Positions 28,270 to 38,449 of a stretch of DNA of 64,000 nt are shown here, piece by piece. Location of the stretch: contig CBDAFS010000055.1 of NCBI GenBank assembly GCA_965195285.1, positions 1 through 64,000 on the forward strand. The letters run 5' to 3'. This stretch comes from an uncultured Aminicenantes bacterium (GTDB lineage: Bacteria; Acidobacteriota; Aminicenantia; UBA2199). The number at the start of each line of letters is the position of its first letter. The first letter of the stretch is position 1. The notes beneath the pieces were generated by a model. It searched no databases. It was given only the letters and a program-made list of their open reading frames with translations, and was not told where the DNA came from. The position numbers and the translations under genes are program-made.

Positions 28270-29382
28270 ATGGTTTCAGGACAACGACAATTGCGGATAC
28301 GATCGGTACTGCTGTTGATAATCATCAGTACCGCTTCGTTGATTTTCGGATCGGATCAGGAAAAAGACCAGGAATCAAGGTTTAAAACCCGGTTCCTTCC
28401 CCTGCCCGTGTTGTTTTACCGGCCCCAAACTTCACTGGCCTTCGGCGCCCAGGTCAAAACCATCTTCAGACTGGGCAAGAAAAAACACCTGACCCGACCT
28501 TCAACCATCACCCCCGAAATCATTTATACCCTCAATAAACAGATTATCACCAAATTGTTATCCGATATTTACCTGGCTGAAAACCAGTGGCACCTGAACT
28601 CTCGGGCAGATTTCCGCAAATTTCCGGACCTGTTTTACGGCATTGGTAATCAGACCTCTCTGGAATCCGAGGAAGACTACACCTCCCGGGCCTGGGACAT
28701 TTACCTGGGCGGGGAACGCCATATCGGTTCCGGCTTTCATCTGGGCAGTCATTTTCATTTGTACAACTGGCAACTAACCGAAAAGAAAACCGGGGGGATG
28801 TTGGACAGCGGTTCCATACCCGGCAGTGAGGGCGGTACATCATCGGGACTGGGAATCCAGCTCAGATACGATACCCGTGATCATATCTATTACCCCATGA
28901 AAGGGGAATTCTTTGAGTTCAAATTTACCTTCTATCGCCATGCCCTGGGCAGCACCTTTGATTTTTCCTGTTTAACCATTGACCTACGCAAATACCTGCC
29001 CCTGTCCTCCAAACAAGTTCTGGCCTTTCAACTGCTTTTGAAATCCCAAACCGGCGAGGTTCCCTTCCCCCTGATGAACCGGCTCGGCGGTCAGGACCAT
29101 TTGAGGGGATACTACAGCGGACGATTCAGGGACAAAAATCTGTTTCTGATTCAGGCCGAATGGCGTTATGCCCTGTTCTGGCGTATCGGCGTTTCGCTTT
29201 TTGCATCCATGGGTCAGGTGGCGGACACACTCGGTCATCTTAACCCTGAAAACTTCAATTACAGCCTCGGATTCGGACTGCGATATTTATACAATAAGCG
29301 GGAATCCCTCTATGCCCGCATGGATTTCGGCTGGGGTTCGGACAGCAGCGGAATCTACATGGATGGGGATGAGGCTTTTTAA
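28270..29382 (+). CDS. Omp85/BamA-TamA family outer-membrane beta-barrel (no obvious POTRA domain)
   Basis: YDTRD, LGGQDHLRGYYSGRFRD, GFGLRY, C-terminal Phe. Confidence 0.85.
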   Translation: MVSGQRQLRIRSVLLLIIISTASLIFGSDQEKDQESRFKTRFLPLPVLFYRPQTSLAFGAQVKTIFRLGKKKHLTRPSTITPEIIYTLNKQIITKLLSDIYLAENQWHLNSRADFRKFPDLFYGIGNQTSLESEEDYTSRAWDIYLGGERHIGSGFHLGSHFHLYNWQLTEKKTGGMLDSGSIPGSEGGTSSGLGIQLRYDTRDHIYYPMKGEFFEFKFTFYRHALGSTFDFSCLTIDLRKYLPLSSKQVLAFQLLLKSQTGEVPFPLMNRLGGQDHLRGYYSGRFRDKNLFLIQAEWRYALFWRIGVSLFASMGQVADTLGHLNPENFNYSLGFGLRYLYNKRESLYARMDFGWGSDSSGIYMDGDEAF

Positions 29383-29498
29383 TCCTCCGGCAAAAGGAAT
29401 TCAGAAAATCAAAGACAGAATCACTTGTGTTTTTCCGGTTTTTTGATACAATGGAATTTTATTGACAGGAGAAATTCCCATTCGGGGAAGAGTAGGCC

Positions 29499-31334
29499 AT
29501 GACCAAGAAAGAACTGGAAAAACGACTGAAAGATTCGGTATTGCTACTGGACGGTGCCATGGGCACCATGATCTACTCCAAGGGAATTTTTATCAATCAG
29601 TGTTTTGATGAACTGAACCTGTCAAGACCGGACCTGATTAAAGAAATTCACCGGGAATATGTGAACGCGGGCGCAGATTGCATTGAAACCAATACCTTTG
29701 GCGCCAACCGTTTGAAACTCGGCAAGCACGGTTTCGGTGAAAAACTTGAAACCATCAATGCCACCGGGGCAGCTCTGGCCCGGGAGATTGCCGGTAACAA
29801 TGTACTGGTGGCCGGCTCAATCGGACCCCTGGGTGCTAGACTGGAACCTTGGGGACCGCTGTCTTATCAGGAAGCCAGAGACGCTTTTGAGGAACAGGCC
29901 CGGGCCCTTAATAAGGGAGGTGCGGATCTGATCATTCTCGAGACTTTTCTGGACCTTTCGGAGATCCAGCAAGCCATACGGGGAGTCAGGGAGGCATGCC
30001 AGCTTCCCGTGATCGCCTCCATGACCATCGGGGATGACGGTAATTCCCTTTTCGGAACCGCTCCGGAAACCTTTACCCAACGACTGGACCAGTGGGGTGC
30101 TGATGTCATCGGGTTAAACTGCAGCGTTGGTCCCCAGGTCATGATGGAAACCCTGGAAAAGATCATCAAGACCACAGCCAAACCCATCTCGGTGATGCCC
30201 AATGCCGGCATACCGAAAATGGTGGATGGCCGTAATTTCTACCTGGCATCAGGTGAATACATGGCCGAATATACCCGCCGTTTTATTCAGGCCGGAGCCA
30301 AAATAGTCGGTGGCTGCTGCGGAACCACACCCGAATATATCCGGGCCATGAGAAATGCCATCAGTTCCATTATCCCCCGGAAACCAACGGTTATGCTTAC
30401 GGTGGATAAAAAAATCGAAAAAAAATCCCCTCCGGTCCCTTTTGAAATAAAATCAAGATTTGCCAAGAAAATCGCCCAGGGAGAATTTGTTACTTCAGCG
30501 GAGATCGTCCCGCCCCGGGGAGTCGATCCAAGCCGGGTATTGAAAGCGGTCAAACGGCTCAAGGAGAGCGGAGTGGATGCAGTGAATATTCCGGATGGCC
30601 CCCGGGCCCATTCCCGGATGAGCGCCCAGTTCCTGAGCATTCTGATCGAGCGGAATATAGACATTGAACCCATTCTTCACTACACCTGCCGGGACCGAAA
30701 CCTGCTGGGAATGATGTCCGACATGATCGGTCTCAATGCGGTGGGAATTAAAAACCTGCTGATCATCACCGGAGATCCACCCAAAATGGGAGACTACCCG
30801 GATGCCTCGGCTGTATTTGACGTGGATTCAATCGGACTGATCAACATGGTCAACAGCCTGAACCAGGGTGTTGACCTGGGAGGAAACAGCATCGGCCAGC
30901 CCACCAGATACCTGATCGGGGTGGGCGTAAATCCGGGAGCCATCGACATGGAGCGAGAAATTCGACGTTTCGAATGGAAGGTAAAGGCCGGGGCGGAATT
31001 TGCCATTACCCAGCCTATATTTGACCTGTCCCTTCTGTTGGACCTCCTGAAGGCCATCGAACATGCCCGAATGCCACTGATTGCCGGTATCTGGCCGCTG
31101 GTCAGTCTAAACAATGCCGAATTCATGAACAATGAAGTTCCCGGTGCCTCGGTCCCGGCTGAGATAATGGAACGCATGCGTCGGGCCGACCGGAAAAATC
31201 AAGCCCTACAGGAGGGTCTTGAAATCGCCCGGGAAATGGTATTGCAGGTCAGGGACCATGTCCAGGGAATTCAGGTATCGACCCCGTTCGGAAAGGTATC
31301 CCATGTGCTGAAAGTTCTTTCAGTTCTAAAATAG
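29499..31334 (+). CDS. yitJ: Bifunctional homocysteine S-methyltransferase / methylenetetrahydrofolate reductase
   Basis: DGAMGT, ETNTFGAN, GLNCSVGP, GGCCGTTP; C-terminal MTHFR motifs HYTCRDRN, ITGDPP, AITQP. Confidence 0.92.
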   Translation: MTKKELEKRLKDSVLLLDGAMGTMIYSKGIFINQCFDELNLSRPDLIKEIHREYVNAGADCIETNTFGANRLKLGKHGFGEKLETINATGAALAREIAGNNVLVAGSIGPLGARLEPWGPLSYQEARDAFEEQARALNKGGADLIILETFLDLSEIQQAIRGVREACQLPVIASMTIGDDGNSLFGTAPETFTQRLDQWGADVIGLNCSVGPQVMMETLEKIIKTTAKPISVMPNAGIPKMVDGRNFYLASGEYMAEYTRRFIQAGAKIVGGCCGTTPEYIRAMRNAISSIIPRKPTVMLTVDKKIEKKSPPVPFEIKSRFAKKIAQGEFVTSAEIVPPRGVDPSRVLKAVKRLKESGVDAVNIPDGPRAHSRMSAQFLSILIERNIDIEPILHYTCRDRNLLGMMSDMIGLNAVGIKNLLIITGDPPKMGDYPDASAVFDVDSIGLINMVNSLNQGVDLGGNSIGQPTRYLIGVGVNPGAIDMEREIRRFEWKVKAGAEFAITQPIFDLSLLLDLLKAIEHARMPLIAGIWPLVSLNNAEFMNNEVPGASVPAEIMERMRRADRKNQALQEGLEIAREMVLQVRDHVQGIQVSTPFGKVSHVLKVLSVLK

Positions 31335-31341
31335 AAACACG

Positions 31342-31530
31342 TAAATCGTAAGTCGTAAAAAGTAACCAAAATCCGAAGCATGAAGTTCCAGTGGCAGGGC
31401 GTAGCAAACCATCTCCGGAACGGCTTGTGAAAGCCCGCATGGTTTTCCTAGGGCGAATAGCCATCCGCCCCTACAGTCGATTAATCACAAAATTACCAAT
31501 TACCAATCACTATTTACGAATTACGATTTA
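31342..31530. repeat. Inverted-repeat-bounded intergenic element with a REP-like palindrome and heptamer repeats
   Basis: taaatcgtaagtcgtaaa (31342-31359) pairs with tttacgaattacgattta (31513-31530), 17/18. Internal tagggcgaatagccatccgcccctac and aattacc repeats. Confidence 0.55.
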
Positions 31531-31573
31531 TGCCTCACGCCTTCATGCGAAATTTAAAGTCAATAAATCTGAA

Positions 31574-32491
31574 TTATAATCCCTGAATATAGCCCTGCTG
31601 AACCATCATGTTGGCATCCAAAATATCTTCCCGTTCCCGGATATTCTCGATGACCATATCGATGGTTTCAAGCAGTTGATCCCGGGTCTTTGGCAGCATC
31701 CCATCCACTCCATGATACACAACACCCCGGGGAGACCAGAGGTAATTGGTCACATGATCACTGGCCAATTCACATTGTTTCACTTTCAGTTTTTCAATCA
31801 ACCTTCGTGTTTCCTTCAAACGGCTGATGGGAGTAATGGGCTGGAAAGTTCCGGATTTCCATTCCTGGAAAAGCGGGGCAGATGACACCAGAGACAGGGT
31901 TCTCAGGCGGACAAAATCGGGACCTACTTCATTGATGACCCGGGCGGTTCCATCCGCATGTTCCTTCCAGCGGGATTCACCGCCGATGCCACAGAGTACG
32001 TAATAACAGAGTTCAAAACCGGCCTTTTTGGCCATTTTTCCGCCCTTTATCATGATTTCGGGGGTGGCCCCCTTTCGGATATGCTTTAATATTTGAGGAT
32101 CTCCTGATTCCAGACCCAGATGGAGCCGGTTAAGTCCTGCTCTATTCAGCGCCTGCAGTTCAGAGGGCTTTTTCTTTACCAGGGTCAGGGCCCTGGCATA
32201 GCTGGTGATCCGTTCCAGGCCAGGAAATTTTTCACGGATCAGTTTAACGATCTTCAAAATCTCTTCATGACACAAACTGTCCGAGTCTCCGATAAACACG
32301 GTCCGGCTGAGCGGGAAAAGCTCGCCCATCATCCCTACATCGGCATTGATTTCCTCAAAGGTACGCATTTCATACCGGTCACGCTTGTACATGCCGCAGA
32401 AAGTGCAATGGTTCCACGGGCAGCCCCTGGTCACACGGAGCAGGGCCGAGTGGGCTTCGCTGGGGGGTCTATAAGGAGGAAAATCATACAT
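31574..32491 (-). CDS. Radical SAM protein
   Basis: YRPPSEA, GCPWNHCTFC (Cx4Cx2C), HLGLESG, SDHVTN. ATG 32491. Confidence 0.88.
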   Translation of the reverse strand: MYDFPPYRPPSEAHSALLRVTRGCPWNHCTFCGMYKRDRYEMRTFEEINADVGMMGELFPLSRTVFIGDSDSLCHEEILKIVKLIREKFPGLERITSYARALTLVKKKPSELQALNRAGLNRLHLGLESGDPQILKHIRKGATPEIMIKGGKMAKKAGFELCYYVLCGIGGESRWKEHADGTARVINEVGPDFVRLRTLSLVSSAPLFQEWKSGTFQPITPISRLKETRRLIEKLKVKQCELASDHVTNYLWSPRGVVYHGVDGMLPKTRDQLLETIDMVIENIREREDILDANMMVQQGYIQGL

Positions 32492-32497
32492 AGCCCC

Positions 32498-32526
32498 ATT
32501 ATACAATTCTCATTGCCCCAATTCAA
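32498..32526 (-). promoter_or_regulatory. Sigma70 promoter (predicted leaderless) for the radical SAM gene
   Basis: Minus strand TTGAAT-17-TATAAT-6-ATG. Confidence 0.7.
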
Positions 32527-32883
32527 CCGATATGATCCCGGTGCTGGGACGCGTTCACCACTCAGTTATGATACCAGCCGTTCATGATACGCTCACCCGT
32601 CCGGTTATTGACCGGAATACGAACTCGTCTCATTAAAAATGTCCAACTCGGCCTTTGGCCTCAAACAGAGACATTTTCTCCCTGAAGAGGAGACCATTCG
32701 ACTCGTTCTCGCCGGTACCCAATTCCCTCCCTGAGGCTCCCTTGACCATGAACGGCTGCTATCTTGATGCTTGTATGCCGCCAGGTGATGGAGTGAGCGA
32801 ATGTAAACAGAGGAACTCGGCACCAATATATTCATTTGCTATCAATACGTTGCAACGATGATCGCCCATATATATTTGGATAG

Positions 32884-33102
32884 TAGTTTAATTCAAGAAA
32901 AAAATTGGCGGGCGGAGCAAACAATCCCCGGAGCGGCTTCTGAAGTCAATTTCTCGAATATCGAAAATTGACGGAAGGCTCCCGAAAATGAGAGCATTTT
33001 CGGGTAAAGCGTAGGCGACTGTTCGCGCAAGCACGCAGAGCTTCTACCGGGCAGAAAGCGGCAACCGAATCCCATCATCAGGCATTCGTTAATTGACACT
33101 AG
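32884..33102. mobile_element. Putative MITE-like hairpin-rich element
   Basis: Hairpins at 32945-32972 and 32981-33004 (cccgaaaatg/cattttcggg). Right end ttgacactag with a degenerate left counterpart tagtttaattcaagaa. Confidence 0.35.
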
Positions 33103-33121
33103 CTGGTAAGCGACATATACT
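33093..33121 (+). promoter_or_regulatory. Sigma70 promoter (predicted leaderless) for the MBL gene
   Basis: TTGACA(33093)-17-TATACT(33116)-7-ATG(33129). Confidence 0.75.
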
Positions 33122-33128
33122 ATAAGCG

Positions 33129-34034
33129 ATGGTAAAAGAGAAGTCATACGATTTTATTGATGAGCGGGTGATGGTGATTTACGACCGCACCTTTCCCCTG
33201 TATCTTATCCGGGGAGAAAAAAACATCCTGGTGGATGCCGGGCCCGCAGCCAGGGCCCTGGAACTGATCAATACATTGCCCCGGATTCTGAAGGAAACCG
33301 GTAATATGAATGAACCGGGAATCGACACCCTGCTACTCACCCATTCCCACTGGGACCATGTTGGGGGGGGCTCCCATCTTCAGCAGCATTTCAATTTCAA
33401 CGTACTGGCCTCAAAGCGGACCGCTGAACTGCTGAGTAAATCAAAGGTCATACAGTTGATAGACCGCATGAATCAGGGATATAAAACCTTGATCGAAGAC
33501 CAGTCGAACACTCATTTCACCGGATTGACCCGAATAGAATCACTGGGTGACGGAAGCACAATTCAGGTAGACGACAGAACTGAACTGAAGGTCTTTGCGG
33601 TTCCCGGTCATACCAAATGTTCCCTGGCTTACTTGCTCACCCCCCAGAAAATCCTGTTCCCCGGGGATGCGGCAGGTTTAATGGAACCGGACGGCACCAT
33701 CCGCCCCCTTTTTTTTTCCAGTTATTCGGACTATGAGAACTCCATCCGAACTCTACTGGACCTCGAGGCCGAGGTGATAGCCCTGCCGCACAATAAACCC
33801 ATAAAGGGGGAAATCAGGGTCAAGTCATTTTTAAAGGCTTCGCTCCGAAAAACCAGAGAAGTCCGTGACACCATCCAGGAATACCTGGAAGAAGGTCGGA
33901 ATGCTACCCAAGTATCTGAGCTAATCTATGAACAGGAATTTCCCAATATTTCCTTCATGGGCCCCCGGGATATACTGATCATGAACCTGGAATCCATGGT
34001 AAGATCGGTTTTACATGAATTACCTGACGAATAA
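33129..34034 (+). CDS. Metallo-beta-lactamase fold hydrolase
   Basis: THSHWDHVGG, PGHT, GDAAG, LPH. Confidence 0.88.
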   Translation: MVKEKSYDFIDERVMVIYDRTFPLYLIRGEKNILVDAGPAARALELINTLPRILKETGNMNEPGIDTLLLTHSHWDHVGGGSHLQQHFNFNVLASKRTAELLSKSKVIQLIDRMNQGYKTLIEDQSNTHFTGLTRIESLGDGSTIQVDDRTELKVFAVPGHTKCSLAYLLTPQKILFPGDAAGLMEPDGTIRPLFFSSYSDYENSIRTLLDLEAEVIALPHNKPIKGEIRVKSFLKASLRKTREVRDTIQEYLEEGRNATQVSELIYEQEFPNISFMGPRDILIMNLESMVRSVLHELPDE

Positions 34035-34066
34035 TAGTCGTTTCGGATTTAGGGTTTCGAATTTAT

Positions 34067-36937
34067 CTATTTACCCTTTCCCAGTACTTCATCCAGTACT
34101 TTTTTCATCTCTTCAATGCGGTAGGGCTTGGCAACCACCCCGGAAAATCCGTACTTTTTATGATCAGCCATAATTGGATCATTTGAATATCCGCTGCTGA
34201 CGATGGCCCTCAACTCCGGATCAACGGCTTTGATAACTTGAACCGCTTCACGGCCGCCCATACCTCCCGGGACGGTCAGATCCATAATAACTGCCTTAAA
34301 AGGTTCTTGGCTCTTCAATGCCTTTTTATATTTTTCAATTGCCTGTTCGCCATTTTCAGCCGTTTCTACCGAGTATCCGATCAATTGCAACATTTCTTGA
34401 CCCACATCCCGGACCAGTTCCTCATCATCCATAAATAGAATCTTTCCAAGACTGTCTTCCATGTGTTGTACCTCTTCATTTTCCCGTGATTGATTCCTTT
34501 CAGCAGGAGCAGCCGGCAGGAACAGGGTCACAGTGGTCCCCTCTCCAATGATTGAATCTACCTGAATATCCCCATCATGCTTCTTGACAATCGAATAGGT
34601 AATGGCCAGACCCAGTCCGCTGCCCCCGGTTTTGGTGGTAAAATAGGGATCAAAAATCCGGGGCAGGTCTTCGCTGGAAATTCCAGATCCCTCATCTTTC
34701 AAAACCATCTTCACAAATCGGCGGGACTGGCTTGAAAAAACACTGTCCGGCCCCACATGATTTTCCAGCCTCACCTCCAGCACACCGCCCCCGGACATTG
34801 ATTGAATGGCATTCATGACCAGATTGTTGACTGCCTGGGTAAAAAGGCCCTCATCAATTTCAACCGGCCAGACATTCTCCGTAAAACGGAATCGGGGGAG
34901 AATATTGGAACCACTCAGGATGAACCCGACAGACTCCTTCAAATAAGTATCCAGCCGGGTTATTTTTTTTACCGGTACTCCTCCCTTGGAGAAGGTCAGT
35001 AGCTGGCTGGTCAAATCCTTGGCACTGATACTGGCCTTTTCACAGGCCTCCAGACACTTGTATCCCGGACTGCACTCATCCAGGGTGTGCTTGACAATCG
35101 ATATATTGCCCAGTATCCCGGCCAGTAAATTGTTAAAATCATGGGCGATACCACCGGCCAGCAAACCGACGGACTCAATCTTCCGGTGCTTCAATAATTC
35201 TTCCTCTACTTTTTTGATTCTGGTGATATCCCGCAGCACAAAAATATATCCGATGGTCTCTTTCTTCTTATCCCGGATGGAAGAAGCACTGAAATTGATC
35301 AGCTTTTTTTTACCTTTGCGGTCTTGAAATGTACCCTCATCGATCATGACCGGTTCCCGGGTTTCACGGGTAAGGGAGAAGAGGCCGGTTTTTACTGACG
35401 GCAGACTCTGGGTGCCCTGGATCTGAAATACATCATCAACCAGCCGGTTCTGGACCTCCCCCTGAGTCCAGCCGGAAAGTTCTTCGGCAGCCCGGTTAAA
35501 CATGAAAATTTTTCCATTGATATCACTCACCACCAGGCCTTCGGCAATACTGGTCAGGGTAACCGCCAGTCTTTCCTTTTCATTCTGCAAATCCTTTTCG
35601 ATCCGATTCCGCTCGGCAATTTCCCTTGTCAACAGCTGGTTGGCATTGCGTAGCTCATTTGTCTGCTCGGAAACCAGTTCTTCCAGATGAGACCTGTGTT
35701 TTTCCAGTTCCAGTTCATTTTTTTTTAATTCAGTAATGTCCCGGCTATAAACCGCCACACGCATCACCTGGCCTCCGGTATCCAGAACCGGGTAAATCCG
35801 ATTATCCAGCCAAAAATCCTTCCGTTGATCAATGTATTGAACCGGCATCCGGCTGTTCAGGGCCTGTTGATGATATTCCCGTCTTTTCCGTTTCAATTCG
35901 CCCTCAAAAAGATCAAACACATTTGATCCTATGAGTTCGGTTTCGGTTTTTCCCAGCCTCAGCACAGCCGTATTGTTGAGGGCAATGATTTTTCCGTCCC
36001 TATCCAGCAACAGGGCACTTTCGGTGGGGGCATTCAACAGGGCCCGGGCGGTTTCCTCGCTTTTCCGCAATTCATCCTCCAGTCTTTTTCGCTGAAAAAA
36101 TTCAGGGATATCAATGTGATTTTCCTCAAATGGCTGGTTGTAGGGATGGACTTTATACTGTTTGACATAGGACTCTATTTTTGAAGGGGGCGCCATGATA
36201 AAACGACAGTGTTCATCACCTCTGGCCCGACACTCCAGTTCCACAGCCACCAGGGGAATTCCGAAGCTTTCCTCGCACCAACCGGACGAATAACCACAGT
36301 TCATGATGCACACCGGAAAATCCGTTGTTTTCCCCTCTTTCATCCACACATCAGCCTCAAACGAAAAGGGGTGATCATAGAGAAGATAATACTGCTCATC
36401 CGGGGTGGGATTCGAATCTTCCGAAATCTTGACAAAAGCCCACCCGGTATGGGCAAAATGAATGGGGCCGGCCGAGAGTTTTTCAATCGGATCGGTCACT
36501 TTCATCTTGGAGTGAAAACTCCGGGCATCTGCTTTACCCAGGGAATGGGCCAGGTCATAGAGAAAGCCAGCGGCTACTTTGCGAGCATTTTCTCGACCCT
36601 GGTCCTGGTAATGGGCATAAATGGTCTCAAAGAATCCTTTAGACATCGAAGCGGCCCGGACCAGAATGTAACGCTCATCATGAATATCAATGGTGCCTTT
36701 CTCGGGGTTCTCGGATTTGTTATTGAAATAATGCCGTACATACTCCTGGGCCCTGAGAAAAACAGGTCGAAAGATGTCCGGTACGGAAACTGTGGTGCAA
36801 TCCTGATCATCAATTGCTTCTTTTTCAAGAGATCCGGGTTGAGGAGGTTGGCTGCCGCTCAATTCCAGGGTAAGTCTCCGATTTTCTTCCCGCAGCCAGT
36901 CCAACTCATGCTTGAGTTTTTTTATATCGTTATTCAT
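34067..36937 (-). CDS. Hybrid sensor kinase: XylR_N/V4R-PAS-PAS-HisKA-HATPase-REC
   Basis: GPIHFAHTGWA and CGYSSGWC...ECRARGDEHC (V4R); AGGIAHDFNNLL, FDPYFTTK, GLGL; receiver MDDEE, MDLTVPG, AKPY. Confidence 0.9.
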   Translation of the reverse strand: MNNDIKKLKHELDWLREENRRLTLELSGSQPPQPGSLEKEAIDDQDCTTVSVPDIFRPVFLRAQEYVRHYFNNKSENPEKGTIDIHDERYILVRAASMSKGFFETIYAHYQDQGRENARKVAAGFLYDLAHSLGKADARSFHSKMKVTDPIEKLSAGPIHFAHTGWAFVKISEDSNPTPDEQYYLLYDHPFSFEADVWMKEGKTTDFPVCIMNCGYSSGWCEESFGIPLVAVELECRARGDEHCRFIMAPPSKIESYVKQYKVHPYNQPFEENHIDIPEFFQRKRLEDELRKSEETARALLNAPTESALLLDRDGKIIALNNTAVLRLGKTETELIGSNVFDLFEGELKRKRREYHQQALNSRMPVQYIDQRKDFWLDNRIYPVLDTGGQVMRVAVYSRDITELKKNELELEKHRSHLEELVSEQTNELRNANQLLTREIAERNRIEKDLQNEKERLAVTLTSIAEGLVVSDINGKIFMFNRAAEELSGWTQGEVQNRLVDDVFQIQGTQSLPSVKTGLFSLTRETREPVMIDEGTFQDRKGKKKLINFSASSIRDKKKETIGYIFVLRDITRIKKVEEELLKHRKIESVGLLAGGIAHDFNNLLAGILGNISIVKHTLDECSPGYKCLEACEKASISAKDLTSQLLTFSKGGVPVKKITRLDTYLKESVGFILSGSNILPRFRFTENVWPVEIDEGLFTQAVNNLVMNAIQSMSGGGVLEVRLENHVGPDSVFSSQSRRFVKMVLKDEGSGISSEDLPRIFDPYFTTKTGGSGLGLAITYSIVKKHDGDIQVDSIIGEGTTVTLFLPAAPAERNQSRENEEVQHMEDSLGKILFMDDEELVRDVGQEMLQLIGYSVETAENGEQAIEKYKKALKSQEPFKAVIMDLTVPGGMGGREAVQVIKAVDPELRAIVSSGYSNDPIMADHKKYGFSGVVAKPYRIEEMKKVLDEVLGKGK

Positions 36938-37008
36938 CTCCCGGGTTCCGCTTCATAGCATATATTATATGTTTTTTTTTTGATTTTCTCAATATTGATG
37001 TCAGCAGA

Positions 37009-37737
37009 TCAAATTTCCATAAACACTTCTGATGCCGGACAATGAATCACCAGATCGGCCATCTTATCCAGAGGAGTGGCATCGATATTGATAATCAACA
37101 ACAAAGACCCGTTCTGCTTGGCCAGCAGGGGGATCTGAGCGGCCGGATTAACCACCAGAGAGCTGCCTACTACCAGAAAGGTGCCGCATTCACGGGCTGC
37201 CTGCCAGGCCGTATTCAAAGCCTCCTGGGGCAGGGGCTCCCCGAACAGGACCACATCCGGTTTCAGCAGTCCCCCGCAGCTACAGCGGGGCGGCAGAGTC
37301 TTTTCCAATCCTTGGTAGATTTCATCCATATGATAGCCCCGGTTGCATTCCAGACAAATAATCCGGCGTGTATTGCCATGCAGCTCGCAAACCTTTCTCT
37401 GGCCGGCTTCCTGGTGAAGACCGTCAATGTTCTGGGTGATCACCTGAAACAGCGTGCCCTGCTGTTCAAGCTTCACCATTGCTTCGTGGGCCTTATTGGG
37501 TCGCGCCGCCTTGATTACCGGATAGCGCTCCTCTTTGAAAAAACGCCAGTAATAAGAGGGATCCTGGTTAAAATACTGAATATCGGCATACTTGGACGGG
37601 TCATACTTGCTCCAGAGCCCCCCGGCCCCCCGGTAGGTTGGGATTCCGCTTTCAGCCGATAAACCTGCCCCGCTGAAGACAACCAGATTGTGAGAATTCC
37701 GGATCAGGTCCTTCATCTGCTTTGTTTTTTCCGACAT
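37009..37737 (-). CDS. cobB: NAD-dependent protein deacylase (Sir2/CobB)
   Basis: GAGLSAESGIPTYRG, TQNIDGLH, ELHG, KPDVVLFGE, GSSL. Confidence 0.92.
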   Translation of the reverse strand: MSEKTKQMKDLIRNSHNLVVFSGAGLSAESGIPTYRGAGGLWSKYDPSKYADIQYFNQDPSYYWRFFKEERYPVIKAARPNKAHEAMVKLEQQGTLFQVITQNIDGLHQEAGQRKVCELHGNTRRIICLECNRGYHMDEIYQGLEKTLPPRCSCGGLLKPDVVLFGEPLPQEALNTAWQAARECGTFLVVGSSLVVNPAAQIPLLAKQNGSLLLIINIDATPLDKMADLVIHCPASEVFMEI

Positions 37738-37745
37738 GACCAACT

Positions 37746-38375
37746 CTATCCCTGAACAAACATGTTGTGTCTTTTTTCATCCCCGATAGTGGTGGGTTCT
37801 CCATGACCGGTACGGACCACAGTGGCATCCGGCAGGGTATACAGACGTGTCTTGATTGAGCGGATCAGGTCCTCCATTGAACCCTGCATGAAATCGGTCC
37901 TGCCGATAGATCCCTGAAACAGGGTATCACCGGTGAATACCAGATTTTCACTGGACAGGTATAAGCAAATTCCACCGGGAGAATGCCCTGGGGTATGCAA
38001 TACCTTGAGTTCCAGGACACCCAGATTCAGAATATCTCCTTCTGCCACAGTCCGATCTGGATCCGGCACCTGCTCGATCTGGAAACCCCACTGTGCTGCC
38101 GATGCTTGTGAATGGGCCACAAAGGGCAGGTCATTTTGATGAAGTAAAAAATCACATCCGAACACTTTTTTTAAAGGGGCAATGGCACCAACATGATCAA
38201 AATGACCGTGGGTACCGATCAAAAAGTCGATCTGGAGTCCGGATGCCTCCACTCTCTTTACTATTCGGTCGGCTTCATCACCGGGATCAATGATGGCTCC
38301 GGACTTTGAGCTTTCATCCCCGATTATATAACAATTGGCGGCAACGGGTCCCACCACCAAGCTTTCCAGAATCAT
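37746..38375 (-). CDS. MBL-fold hydrolase (glyoxalase II/YcbL-like)
   Basis: NCYI, IDPG, THGHFDH, HTPGHSPG, FTGDTLF..SIGRTD, GHG. Confidence 0.9.
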   Translation of the reverse strand: MILESLVVGPVAANCYIIGDESSKSGAIIDPGDEADRIVKRVEASGLQIDFLIGTHGHFDHVGAIAPLKKVFGCDFLLHQNDLPFVAHSQASAAQWGFQIEQVPDPDRTVAEGDILNLGVLELKVLHTPGHSPGGICLYLSSENLVFTGDTLFQGSIGRTDFMQGSMEDLIRSIKTRLYTLPDATVVRTGHGEPTTIGDEKRHNMFVQG

Positions 38376-38414
38376 GATTATCCTCCTAAAATTTTCATTA
38401 TAACATAGATCAAC

Positions 38415-38443
38415 TTGATTGCCTGAAACAGAAATTATATAAT
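38415..38443 (+). promoter_or_regulatory. Sigma70 promoter (predicted leaderless) for acylphosphatase
   Basis: TTGATT(38415)-17-TATAAT(38438)-6-ATG(38450). Confidence 0.7.
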
Positions 38444-38449
38444 CTAGGC

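Noticed and set aside
29383-29498. SAM riboswitch upstream of yitJ
   Set aside because: The leader is too short and lacks the SAM-I core (AUC...GAU, kink-turn).
32605-33147. Short ORFs 32605-32835, 32655-32861 and 32893-33147
   Set aside because: No SD or protein motifs; they overlap hairpins and a promoter.
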